Shown here piece by piece: positions 10,149-18,782 of a stretch of 64,000 bases of DNA (position 1 is the first letter of the stretch; every line of letters begins with the position of its first letter). The stretch spans positions 122,924 through 186,923 of the forward strand of contig NZ_JACVCG010000005.1 of assembly GCF_016742135.1 (NCBI RefSeq), read 5' to 3'. The DNA comes from Brevundimonas sp. GTDB taxonomy: Bacteria; Pseudomonadota; Alphaproteobacteria; Caulobacterales; Caulobacteraceae. A program made the translations under genes and the position numbers. Under the pieces are notes generated by a model. It was not told the DNA's origin. It ran no database searches and saw only the letters and a program-made list of their open reading frames with translations.

Positions 10149-10340
10149 ATGGCCATGTCCGAAGACATATCTCGCCACTCGTCCGGTCCCTTCCCCGGCG
10201 AAGACACGCCCGCCCCGCGATCTGCGGACCCCCTCCCCGAGTTGCTCGAGGACGGTCAGGAGGAGGTCTTTTCCCGAAGCGAGGTCGAGCGGGGCTGCAT
10301 CGAGCACCACGTCGGGGAGGATGACGATCCCGAAGGGTAA
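10149..10340 (+). CDS. hypothetical small acidic protein
   Basis: ATG at 10149, 8 nt after the previous stop. Asp/Glu-rich. Weak evidence. Confidence 0.3.
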   Translation: MAMSEDISRHSSGPFPGEDTPAPRSADPLPELLEDGQEEVFSRSEVERGCIEHHVGEDDDPEG

Positions 10341-10368
10341 CCTCCCGGCCGGACCTCACGACAAAAAA

Positions 10369-10445
10369 TGGCGCGCCCGAAAGGATTCGAACCTCTGACC
10401 CCCAGATTCGTAGTCTGGTGCTCTATCCAGCTGAGCTACGGGCGC
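10369..10445 (-). tRNA. tRNA-Arg (anticodon ACG)
   Basis: Reverse complement folds as GCGCCCG-TA-GCTC-AGCTGGATA-GAGC-A-CCAGA-CTACGAA-TCTGG-GGGTC-AGAGG-TTCGAAT-CCTTT-CGGGCGC-G-CCA (77 nt, encoded CCA). Confidence 0.95.
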
Positions 10446-10646
10446 GCATCTGACCCTTGCGGGCAGGTCTGACCCTTGCGGGGCAGGGGCGGTTCTCTAG
10501 CGGCTCGGTTTCGACGGCGCAAGGCCTTGTGCGATCTGAAGGGGAGAGAAATCGCCCGGCGGGGCACGGGACCGTCGAACGGAGGGCCAAAATGGGCTAG
10601 GCCGGATCACACCTCCCTCTTGTTGTCGCGGACCTGCCCTTTGCCC

Positions 10647-12398
10647 ATGACTGTGCCGAGCCCCCTCAGTCTTCTGTCCGCCACCGCCCTGTCGGCGCTG
10701 ATGCTGGTCGTCGGTGCCTGCGCGAAGCCCGAGGCCCGGCCGGTCGAGGCCACGGCCCCGGTCGTGGCGGAGGGGGCGAAGGCGGTCGGCCCTTTCGTCT
10801 CGGCGGCCAATCCGCATGCGGTCGCGGCCGGCATGACGGTGCTGGAACGAGGCGGCACGGCCGCCGATGCGGCAGTGGCGGTCCAGGCCGTGCTGGGCCT
10901 GGTCGAGCCCCAGTCGTCGGGCCTCGGCGGCGGGGCCTTCATGATGTGGTTCGACGCCGAAAGCGGCACCGTCACCGTCTATGACGGGCGCGAGACGGCA
11001 CCGGCGGCGGCCACGCCCGACCTGTTCTGGCAGGAGGGCAGGCCGCTGGGCTTTGCCGAGGCGGTCCTGTCCGGGCGCTCGACCGGCGTGCCGGGCGTGG
11101 TGGCCATGCTGGGTCTGGCCCAGACCCGACACGGCCGCCTGGCCTGGGCGGACCTGTTCGGCGATGCCGAGCGACTGGCCGAGGATGGATTCGAGGTCAG
11201 CCCGCGACTGGGCGGGTTCATTGCCGCCACCCGGGGTCAGGCCCGCAGCGACTGGGCCAATGCGTATTTCACCGGAGCCGACGGGAAACGCGTCCAGACG
11301 GGCGATATACTGACCAACCGGGCCTATGCCGAAACGGTGCGCGCCCTGGCCGCCGGGGGGTCCCGCGCCCTGTATGAGGGCCCGATCGCCGAGGGCATTG
11401 TCGCGACGGTCGGCCAGGCTCCCCTGCCCGGACCCCTCACGCTGGAAGACATGGCCGGCTATCAGCCGAAGGTGAGGGGGCCCCTGTGCCGCCCCTACCG
11501 GATCTATGTCGTCTGCGTGCCACCGCCGCCGTCCAGCGGCGTGTCGCTGTTGCAGCTGCTGGCCATGGCCGAGCATGTGCCGGAGGTCTCGGCCGGGCCG
11601 GACGATGCCGGGGCCTGGGTCGCCTTTGCCCGGCTGCAGCGGCTGATGTATGCCGACCGCGACCGCTATGTGGCCGATGCGGACTTTGTCTACGTCCCCG
11701 TCGCGGGCCTGCTGGATCCCGGCTATGTCGCCGGGCGTGCCGCGCTGGTGCCCGGCCTGACCGGGGCGGCAGAGGCCGGCCACCCCCCCGGCATCGTCAC
11801 CGTCGGCACCGACGCCACGGTCGAGCCCGCGGGAACCTCGCACTTCTTCATCGTCGACCAATGGGGCAATGCGGTCAGCATGACGACCACGGTCGAAAGC
11901 GTGTTCGGCTCGGGCCGGATGAGCGGCGGCTTCTTCCTCAACAATCAGCTGACCGACTTCTCGTTCGAGCCGGTCGATGATCTGGGACGTCCGGTGGCCA
12001 ATGCGGTGGCGGGAGGCAAGCGGCCCCGCTCGTCGATGGCGCCGGTGCTGATCTTCGACCGCGAGGGACGGCTGGTGGGCGGCCTGGGATCCCCGGGGGG
12101 CTCCTCCATCCTGGCCTATAATGCCAAGGCGCTGATCGGCACCCTGGACTGGGGTCTCGGCGTACAGGACGCCTTCGACCTGCCCAATCTGGTGGCGCGC
12201 GGAACCGGACTGGGCGCCGACACCGAGCGGTTTTCCCCGGCGCTGCAGGCGGCGCTCGCGGCACAGGGGCTGCACCTGCGGCCGAATGCCAGCGAGAACT
12301 CGGGCCTGCACGGGGGTCTGTGGCGGCTGGGGCCGGACGGCTGGGCCTGGGACGGGGGGGCCGACGACCGGCGCGAAGGGGTGGTCGCGACCCGTTAA
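10647..12398 (+). CDS. ggt: gamma-glutamyltransferase, lipoprotein-type signal
   Basis: ATG 10647 gives MTVPSPLSLLSATALSALMLVVGAC. QSSGLGGGAFMMW and the autoprocessing site TSHFFIVDQWGNAVSMTTT are present. Confidence 0.9.
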   Translation: MTVPSPLSLLSATALSALMLVVGACAKPEARPVEATAPVVAEGAKAVGPFVSAANPHAVAAGMTVLERGGTAADAAVAVQAVLGLVEPQSSGLGGGAFMMWFDAESGTVTVYDGRETAPAAATPDLFWQEGRPLGFAEAVLSGRSTGVPGVVAMLGLAQTRHGRLAWADLFGDAERLAEDGFEVSPRLGGFIAATRGQARSDWANAYFTGADGKRVQTGDILTNRAYAETVRALAAGGSRALYEGPIAEGIVATVGQAPLPGPLTLEDMAGYQPKVRGPLCRPYRIYVVCVPPPPSSGVSLLQLLAMAEHVPEVSAGPDDAGAWVAFARLQRLMYADRDRYVADADFVYVPVAGLLDPGYVAGRAALVPGLTGAAEAGHPPGIVTVGTDATVEPAGTSHFFIVDQWGNAVSMTTTVESVFGSGRMSGGFFLNNQLTDFSFEPVDDLGRPVANAVAGGKRPRSSMAPVLIFDREGRLVGGLGSPGGSSILAYNAKALIGTLDWGLGVQDAFDLPNLVARGTGLGADTERFSPALQAALAAQGLHLRPNASENSGLHGGLWRLGPDGWAWDGGADDRREGVVATR

Positions 12399-12402
12399 GG
12401 GA

Positions 12403-13308
12403 TCACCAGTCGGGTTTGATCGACAGCTGGAAGGCCACCATGCCCTCGGTCACATCGGTGTCGACGCCGTTGCTGACGCTGCGCATGCCGCCGGGCTCGA
12501 TCTCGCGATAGACCAGGCCGACCGAGCTGTGCACATCGCCGCGGCGGAAGGCGACCCCGATCGAGGCATCGCCGAGGAAGGCCCCGGAGTCCTGGCTGTA
12601 TCCCGAGCGGGCATAGTCGCCGTCGCGGGTGCGGGCGAAGTTATAGCCGACGGCGCGACCGGAGCCGGCGGCGAACACATACCAGCGCGCCCGGTCGCCG
12701 AAGACCTCCTGTCCCTCGGGGACGAGGCGATCCATGTCGGGGCCGATCGACAGGGTGGCGCCCGCCTCGGCCACAGGGCCCAGCGGGGTCAGGCCGACCC
12801 CGGCGTGAGGGGTCAGGGTCACTTCCAGACCCGAGGCGGTATAGCCGAGCGTGGAGGGCCAGCCCCGGCGATAGCTGAGGCCATAGCGTTCGTCATCGAC
12901 CATGACGGCATCGCCGGCGCCCGGGGGCAGCGGACTGCCGTCCGCGCGTCGGAGAGTTCCCGCGCTGTCGATCCGCAGGCTTTCGGTATAGGTGTCGGTC
13001 TCGCGCCAGACCTCGCGGCTGGTCGCCACCCAGGGCGAGCCGCGCTCGGCCTCTACCGGACGCACATCCACGGCGCGAGTGTCGGGGATATAGGCCGGCC
13101 CCGCGACGGTCTGGACACGCGCGGTATAGGTGGTGTCGGCATTCAGGCGGGTGGTGATCTCGCGGTCGCGACGTTGGGCTTCCCAGCTGTCTTCCCAGGA
13201 ATCTGTATTGAACGACGCCGTCGCTGACGGGCCCGCCTGTGCATAGGCAGCTCCCCCGAAGCCGGTGGCCAGGACAAGTCCGGCCAGTATGGACGTCGAT
13301 CGCTTCAC
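12403..13308 (-). CDS. outer-membrane beta-barrel protein, possibly lipid A deacylase LpxR-like (tentative)
   Basis: Signal peptide ending AYAQA. Alternating beta-strand pattern and terminal aromatic residue (KPDW). The family call is from memory only. Confidence 0.5.
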   Translation of the reverse strand: MKRSTSILAGLVLATGFGGAAYAQAGPSATASFNTDSWEDSWEAQRRDREITTRLNADTTYTARVQTVAGPAYIPDTRAVDVRPVEAERGSPWVATSREVWRETDTYTESLRIDSAGTLRRADGSPLPPGAGDAVMVDDERYGLSYRRGWPSTLGYTASGLEVTLTPHAGVGLTPLGPVAEAGATLSIGPDMDRLVPEGQEVFGDRARWYVFAAGSGRAVGYNFARTRDGDYARSGYSQDSGAFLGDASIGVAFRRGDVHSSVGLVYREIEPGGMRSVSNGVDTDVTEGMVAFQLSIKPDW

Positions 13309-13453
13309 AGGCCCCTCACCGTGCCCTTACGCAGCGTTACGCGCTTGAGCATGCTACATTCACCCGCGTCCGACAAATGACTTTTCGGCGACGCGGCTCT
13401 GTCCCTCTAACGGACAGGACAGGTCCCGCGTTCCCTCTCGCCGACGCCGGGCC

Positions 13454-15352
13454 CTATTGGCAGGCCAGACACTCGTCGTAATCGGTGCGCGCCACCGAGA
13501 ACAGATCGGGCTGGTTCGGATCGACATCCTGCTCGGCCTTGTCCTCGGAACCGGCGAACGCCGCCCGCTGCACCGACTTGGAGCGCAGGTAGTAGAGCGA
13601 CTTCAGGCCCCGCTCCCACGCCGACCAGTGCAGCATGTGCAGATCCCATTTCTCGACGTCGCCCGGGATGAACAGGTTGATCGACTGGGCCTGGCAGATC
13701 TCGGGCGTGCGGTCGGCGGCCAGTTCGACCACCCAGCGCTGGTCCAGTTCAAAGGCGGTCTTGAAGATGGCCTTTTCGTCGTCGGTCAGCTCGTCCAGAT
13801 GCTGGACCGAGCCCTCGTTCTCGAGGATCGAGTTCCACACGGCGTCGGTGTTCAGGCCCCTGGCCTCCAGAACCTGCTCCAGATAAGGGTTCTTGACCGC
13901 GAACGAGCCCGACAGGGTCTTGTGCGTATAGATGTTGGCCGGGATCGGCTCGATGCCCGCCGAGGTGCCGCCGCAGATGATCGAGATCGACGCCGTGGGG
14001 GCGATGGCCAGCTTGTGACTGAAGCGCTCCATGATGCCGCGCTCCTCGGCGTCGGGACAGGCGCCCTTCTCCTCGGCCAGCAGGCGGCTGGCCTTGTCGG
14101 CCTCGCGACGCAGGTGCTTGAACAGACGCATGTTCCACGACTTGGCCATGGCGCTTTCAAAAGCGACGCCCTGGGCCTGCAGGAAGGAGTGGAAGCCCAT
14201 CAGGCCGAGGCCCACCGACCGCTCGCGCTTGGCCGAATAGACGGCCGCCGACATTTCCGCAGGCGCGCGGCGGATGAAGTCCTCCAGCACATTGTCGAGG
14301 AAGCGCATGACGTCCTCGATGAAGCGCGGCTCGTCCTTCCATTCGAGGAAGGTCTCGGCATTGACCGACGACAGGCAGCAGACCGCCGTCCGGTCCACTC
14401 CCAGATGGTCGCGGCCCGTGTGCAGCATGATTTCCGAGCACAGGTTCGACTGTTTGACCGACAGGCCAAGCTCGCGCTGGTGGCGCGGCATCTGGCGGTT
14501 CACCGTGTCGGAGAAGATCAGATAGGGCTCGCCCGTCTGCAGGCGGATTTCCAGGATCTTCTGCCACAGGGCCCGCGCGTCGACGGTCTTCATGACCGCC
14601 TGGTCCTTGGGCGAGATCAGGTCGAAGGTCTTGCCGTCGCGCACCGCCTCCATGAAAGCGTCGGTGATGTTGATGCCGTGGTGCAGGTTCAGGGACTTGC
14701 GGTTGAAGTCACCCGAGGGTTTGCGGATCTCGAGGAACTCCTCGATCTCGGGGTGGTGCACATCCAGATAGACGGCGGCCGAACCGCGGCGCAGCGAGCC
14801 CTGGCTGATCGCCAGCGTCAGACTGTCCATCACGCGGATGAAGGGGATGATGCCCGAGGTCTGGCCCGCGCCCTTGACCTTCTCGCCGATCGAGCGGACG
14901 CCGCCCCAGTAGGTGCCGATGCCGCCGCCGTTCGAGGCCAGGGCGACATTCTCGTTCCAGACCGACTGGATGCCGTCCAGGCTGTCGCCGACGGCGTTCA
15001 GGAAGCAGGAGATCGGCAGGCCGCGATTGGCCCCGCCGTTCGACAGGACGGGGGTGGCCGGCATGAACCACAGGCGGCTCATATAGTCATAGATGCGCTG
15101 GGCGTGGTCGGCATCGTCCGCGAAGGCATTGGCCACCCGCGCGAACATGTCCTGATAGCTTTCCCCCGCCAGCAGATAGCGGTCTTCCAGCGTCTTCTTG
15201 CCGAATTCGGTGAGCAGGTCGTCCCGCGACCGATCCAGCACGATGGAGGGCACCACCTTCAGATGCGGTCGTTCACCGGCCGCGCCCACGGCCGTCCCCG
15301 ACGTCTCCGCCATCTTCATTTCCGCCGATTTCAGTGCTTCCACGCCAGCCAT
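13454..15352 (-). CDS. nrdA: class I ribonucleotide reductase large subunit (no ATP-cone)
   Basis: PISCFLNAV, NLCSEI active-site motif and C-terminal YDECLACQ cysteine pair. Alternative ATG starts at 15319 and 15313. Confidence 0.9.
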   Translation of the reverse strand: MAGVEALKSAEMKMAETSGTAVGAAGERPHLKVVPSIVLDRSRDDLLTEFGKKTLEDRYLLAGESYQDMFARVANAFADDADHAQRIYDYMSRLWFMPATPVLSNGGANRGLPISCFLNAVGDSLDGIQSVWNENVALASNGGGIGTYWGGVRSIGEKVKGAGQTSGIIPFIRVMDSLTLAISQGSLRRGSAAVYLDVHHPEIEEFLEIRKPSGDFNRKSLNLHHGINITDAFMEAVRDGKTFDLISPKDQAVMKTVDARALWQKILEIRLQTGEPYLIFSDTVNRQMPRHQRELGLSVKQSNLCSEIMLHTGRDHLGVDRTAVCCLSSVNAETFLEWKDEPRFIEDVMRFLDNVLEDFIRRAPAEMSAAVYSAKRERSVGLGLMGFHSFLQAQGVAFESAMAKSWNMRLFKHLRREADKASRLLAEEKGACPDAEERGIMERFSHKLAIAPTASISIICGGTSAGIEPIPANIYTHKTLSGSFAVKNPYLEQVLEARGLNTDAVWNSILENEGSVQHLDELTDDEKAIFKTAFELDQRWVVELAADRTPEICQAQSINLFIPGDVEKWDLHMLHWSAWERGLKSLYYLRSKSVQRAAFAGSEDKAEQDVDPNQPDLFSVARTDYDECLACQ

Positions 15353-15629
15353 AGTGCTCGATGATCCCCGAATGCCAATGCAACAGCGCCTCCTGAACGA
15401 CCACACGATCTAGTGGCCGAAGCAGGTCCCGACGCCACATATGGGGCACAGATCGCTAACGACCCGTCAACGGGCTTGACGATCACAATGTTGGCGAATC
15501 GGGGGGGCAAGCCGCTCACGGCTGTGGAAAGGCCTGTGACAGCGGGGTGACGCCCGGCTCCATCTCACGAAATCGTGATCGGGGCTTCCGCCGTCCGGAA
15601 CAGGGGGCAACCTTGGCCGTTTGGCCGCG

Positions 15630-16400
15630 ATGACCTTCGCCGAAATCCGCCGTCGCCTGACCCTCATCCTGCCGCCGCTCGCCGTGCGCGTGCTGAGGCT
15701 GGCCCGGACCGAAGCCGCCGCGCTGGGGGCCTTTCTGGTGATGGGGATGAGCGGGCTTCTGTTTCTCGAGCTGGCCGAGGAAATGGCCGAACAGGGCGAC
15801 CGGGGTCTCGACCATCAGGTGCTGGAGGCCCTGCGCGAGCCCGGCGATGTGGGCAACCCCATCGGGCCCTGGTGGGTCGAGGAGGCGGCGGCCGACCTGA
15901 CCTCGCTTGGCGGCATTTCCGTCCTGTCCCTCTTCACCCTGCTGGCCGTCAGCTACCTGCTGCTGCAACGCCACCGGGGCGCGGCGCTGCGGCTGGTGCT
16001 GGGCCTGATCGGGGCCGTCGGCCTCAGCGAAGGGCTGAAGTCCGTGTTCGAGCGCGAGCGTCCGCCGGTCGCCTATCAGGCGGTTGAGACGCTGAACGCC
16101 AGCTTTCCCTCGGGCCATGCCCTTCTGGCCACGGTCTTCTATCTCAGTCTGGGGACGCTGGTGGCGCAGGGGCTGACCCGGCGGCGCGACAAGGCCTGGG
16201 TGCTGGGAGCGGCGGTCCTGCTGGCCCTGACCGTCGGCCTCACCCGGGTCTATCTGGGTGCCCACTGGCTGTCGGATGTGCTGGCCGGCTGGTGCGTGGG
16301 CGCGGCCTGGGCCATGAGTCTGTGGCTGGCCGCCTGGGCGCTGGAGCGGTACGGCCGGCACCGCGAGGCCCGGCTTGCGCCGCGCGCCCCTCCGGCGTAA
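15630..16400 (+). CDS. PAP2 superfamily phosphatase (membrane)
   Basis: PAP2 signature KSVFERERP...FPSGHA...RVYLGAHWLSDVLAG. ATG at 15630 (the track start at 15621 is TTG). Confidence 0.85.
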   Translation: MTFAEIRRRLTLILPPLAVRVLRLARTEAAALGAFLVMGMSGLLFLELAEEMAEQGDRGLDHQVLEALREPGDVGNPIGPWWVEEAAADLTSLGGISVLSLFTLLAVSYLLLQRHRGAALRLVLGLIGAVGLSEGLKSVFERERPPVAYQAVETLNASFPSGHALLATVFYLSLGTLVAQGLTRRRDKAWVLGAAVLLALTVGLTRVYLGAHWLSDVLAGWCVGAAWAMSLWLAAWALERYGRHREARLAPRAPPA

Positions 16401-16545
16401 AGCGGCCTCCTCGTCATCGGGGAGTAGTCGCCCACGCAAAAGTGGGGCGCGCGTCAACACACTTTCCCTCGCCCGGAGGGAATGGCGCGCGCGGGGCTCC
16501 GGCAGACCTCAGGGTCACGGAGCTGTTTGACAAGACCGCTGGCAT
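16401..16545 (+). promoter_or_regulatory. candidate yybP-ykoY (Mn2+) riboswitch
   Basis: GGGGAGTAG at 16419-16427. Stem GCGCGCG...CGCGCGC encloses GTCAAC and an inner hairpin TTCCCTC/GAGGGAA. TTTGACAAGACC at 16526-16537. Lies directly upstream of a UPF0016/Gdt1-family transporter gene. Confidence 0.6.
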
Positions 16546-16619
16546 CGCGGGGCGCATCCATGCGGGGGCGTTCGCGATGACCGCCGGTTCGCCCGTCGCC
16601 CCCGCCCGAGTGACCTGTT

Positions 16620-17210
16620 GTGATTCCTCTCGTGGACGGTCCCTTCTGGGAGGCCCTCGCCGTCTCGACCGGTCTGGTGGCCCTGGCCGAGATCGGCGAC
16701 AAGACCATGCTGCTGGCCGTGCTGCTGGCCGCGTCCTGGCGGCGGCCGATCCCCATTCTCGCCGGCATACTGGTGGCCACCGTGGCCAATCACGCGGTGG
16801 CGGCCATCGCCGGCTCGGTCCTGGCCAGCTTCGCCGAGGGGCCCTGGGTCAAATGGGGGATCGGCCTGACCTTTCTGGCCTTTGGCGCCTGGACCCTGAT
16901 CCCCGATCGGCTGGGGGAGCGTCCGGCCCCGAAGGAGACCACCTGGCGGGGGATTTTTCTTACGACCACCGCGGCCTTCTTCCTGCTCGAGATGGGCGAC
17001 AAGACCCAGATCGCCACGGCGGCGCTGGCCGTGCGGTTCGAGGCCCTGATCCCGGTCGTGATCGGCTCGACCCTGGGTATGATGCTGGCCAACGGCCCCG
17101 CCGTCTTCCTGGGCGAAAAGGCCGCTGTCCGCCTGCCCATGACCTGGATCCGGCTGGCGGCTGCGCTGGGGTTTGCCCTGACCGGCCTGGCGGTCCTGAT
17201 CTTCGACTAG
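16620..17210 (+). CDS. UPF0016 (TMEM165/GDT1, MneA-like) cation transporter
   Basis: Two copies of the E-x-G-D-K-[TS] motif (AEIGDKTML and LEMGDKTQI). GTG start at 16620. Confidence 0.85.
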   Translation: MIPLVDGPFWEALAVSTGLVALAEIGDKTMLLAVLLAASWRRPIPILAGILVATVANHAVAAIAGSVLASFAEGPWVKWGIGLTFLAFGAWTLIPDRLGERPAPKETTWRGIFLTTTAAFFLLEMGDKTQIATAALAVRFEALIPVVIGSTLGMMLANGPAVFLGEKAAVRLPMTWIRLAAALGFALTGLAVLIFD

Positions 17211-17214
17211 AAAA

Positions 17215-17242
17215 GGCCCCGTCGGACGGCATCCGGCGGGGC
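17215..17242 (-). terminator. stem-loop between convergent genes, U-tract on minus strand
   Basis: GGCCCCG...CGGGGC stem. The minus-strand reading is followed by CTTTTCT. Confidence 0.45.
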
Positions 17243-17262
17243 AGATCGTCACGACCGGAGAT

Positions 17263-17847
17263 CTAGTCCGGCCGCGGGGGATAGATTCCCTCAAGGGCGA
17301 TGCACCAGTTGGTGGCCAGGATCGGGCTCTGGATCGTGACCGGCTGATTGCCGCCTGTGATTTGCACAATATGAACGTTCATCGGGACCGTGCCATTGCC
17401 GCTCGAATAGATCGGCGACGCGGTCGGGAAGGTGCCCAGCATGGTGCCATTGGGCTGGTTGGTCACCGGCCCGGTCTCGTCCCCCTGAAGGTCATGGGTG
17501 TGGGTCGGCAGATTGGACAACAGCAGGGTCGTCGTCGTCGTGCCCGTCATGACGCTGATCGGCAACTGCGCATTATAGCCGACCGGCATGCGGGTTCGCA
17601 GGTCGGGCAGGCCGAAGGTCTGACTGCCGTCCCCGCCGTATCTTGTGCCGAGCAGGCTGTAGACCGCAGGGTACTGGGCGATCGACAGCAGGCTTCCATC
17701 CGCCCGGTGCCAGCCCTCAGGGCACCAGTTCATGCCGAACTGCTGCAGTTGTCCGGTAAAGGGGTCCTGGGCCGTCGCCGGGGTCGCCAGGGTCGCGCCC
17801 ATGGCCAGACCGGCCAGCAGCCCGGTGATTTTCAGTGTCCGTTTCAT
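17263..17847 (-). CDS. secreted phage-tail-collar domain protein (MdpB-like)
   Basis: Signal peptide ending ATAQD. Collar-domain signature CPEGWHRADGSLLSIAQYPAVYSLLGTRYGGDGSQTFGLPDLR. Confidence 0.85.
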   Translation of the reverse strand: MKRTLKITGLLAGLAMGATLATPATAQDPFTGQLQQFGMNWCPEGWHRADGSLLSIAQYPAVYSLLGTRYGGDGSQTFGLPDLRTRMPVGYNAQLPISVMTGTTTTTLLLSNLPTHTHDLQGDETGPVTNQPNGTMLGTFPTASPIYSSGNGTVPMNVHIVQITGGNQPVTIQSPILATNWCIALEGIYPPRPD

Positions 17848-17859
17848 GATCGGTTCCCC

Positions 17860-18456
17860 TTACGGCCGCGGCGGATAGATGCCCACGGTGGCCACGCACC
17901 AGTTCAGGGCCAGGATCGGGCTCTGGGTCGAAAAGGGCTGATTGCCACCGGTCGGAGTCAGCACGTTCGGATGCATGGCCACCGACGGGGTTTCCGTGGC
18001 CGCCGCATAGATGTTGCTGCCCGCCGGGAAGGTGGCGAGGCTTCCGCCCGACGGATTGTTGGTGCTCGGGAGCGAAGTGGCCGCCAGCAGCACGTGGTTG
18101 TGGGCGGGCATCTGCGCCACGGTCAGCGTCGCGGTCGCCGACCCCGAGGCCTGGCCAAGGGGCATACTGGCCGCATAGCTGACGGGCGCGCGCCCCTGCA
18201 GATTGGGCACGCCGAAATTGGTCGAGGCATTGCCGCCGTAGGTCACGCCATAAAGGGAATACAGCGCCTGGTTCTGGTTGATCGGCAGCAGGGACCCATC
18301 GGCCTTGACCCAGCCCCGCGGGCACCAGTCCGTCGCGAACAGGGCCAGCTGGCCCACATAGGGCTCGGACGCCTGGGCCAGCACCGGCGCGCTCATCGCC
18401 GAATTGAGGCCCAGGGCCGCGGTGGCCCCCAGGGCAAGAAGTTTCAGTCGTTTCAT
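17860..18456 (-). CDS. secreted phage-tail-collar domain protein (paralog)
   Basis: ATG 18456 preceded by GGGAGG. Starts MKRLKLLALGATAALG. CPRGWVKADGSLLPINQNQALYSLYGVTYGGNASTNFGVPNLQGR. Confidence 0.85.
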   Translation of the reverse strand: MKRLKLLALGATAALGLNSAMSAPVLAQASEPYVGQLALFATDWCPRGWVKADGSLLPINQNQALYSLYGVTYGGNASTNFGVPNLQGRAPVSYAASMPLGQASGSATATLTVAQMPAHNHVLLAATSLPSTNNPSGGSLATFPAGSNIYAAATETPSVAMHPNVLTPTGGNQPFSTQSPILALNWCVATVGIYPPRP

Positions 18457-18782
18457 GATTTTAGCCTCCCTGTTCGGACATGTGTCCACGACGGAGGGCA
18501 CCCCGGACGACAGCGCCGTCGCGATTCCCCCCACAGGGGAACTATAACAACGGTTTCCAGTAATTCTAGCAAAGATGGTGGCCAGAAAGCGCCTTTCGCC
18601 TCGTGAGCGAGGCGTGAAGATCATTGCTCTTCCCCAGACCCAACGCGATTAACCACAAGATTTGGGGGTGTGTTCGATCACAATCACAACATCCGGGCCC
18701 GATGCCTCTTGGCAGGCCCCGGGTGTCCGCGCATTGTGAGACTCGACATCCTGCGATGCCCCCTCCACTTCACGAGACACGC

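Noticed and set aside
10341-10475. tRNA-Arg as an integration site for a genomic island.
   Set aside because: No integrase is adjacent, and I found no direct repeat of the tRNA 3' end in the flanking few kb. The neighbouring genes look native, apart from the unexplained small ORFs upstream.
15431-15497. NrdR boxes upstream of nrdA, and the corresponding sites at 18653-18690 upstream of nrdB.
   Set aside because: The matches to the 16-bp NrdR palindrome are weak (about 10/16). The spacing between the two candidate sites does not fit the usual integral helical-turn arrangement. I report them only as shared motifs.
17263-18456. Prophage or tailocin remnant suggested by the phage tail collar domains.
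   Set aside because: No capsid, tail, integrase, lysis or baseplate genes are nearby. Both proteins carry Sec signal peptides and native-like GC.
18466-18482. GGACA-TG-TGTCC inverted repeat with a TGTCCAC heptamer just upstream of the second tail-collar gene, considered as a DnaA box or operator.
   Set aside because: The arms are only 5 nt and the site lies within the probable 5' UTR. Evidence is insufficient.
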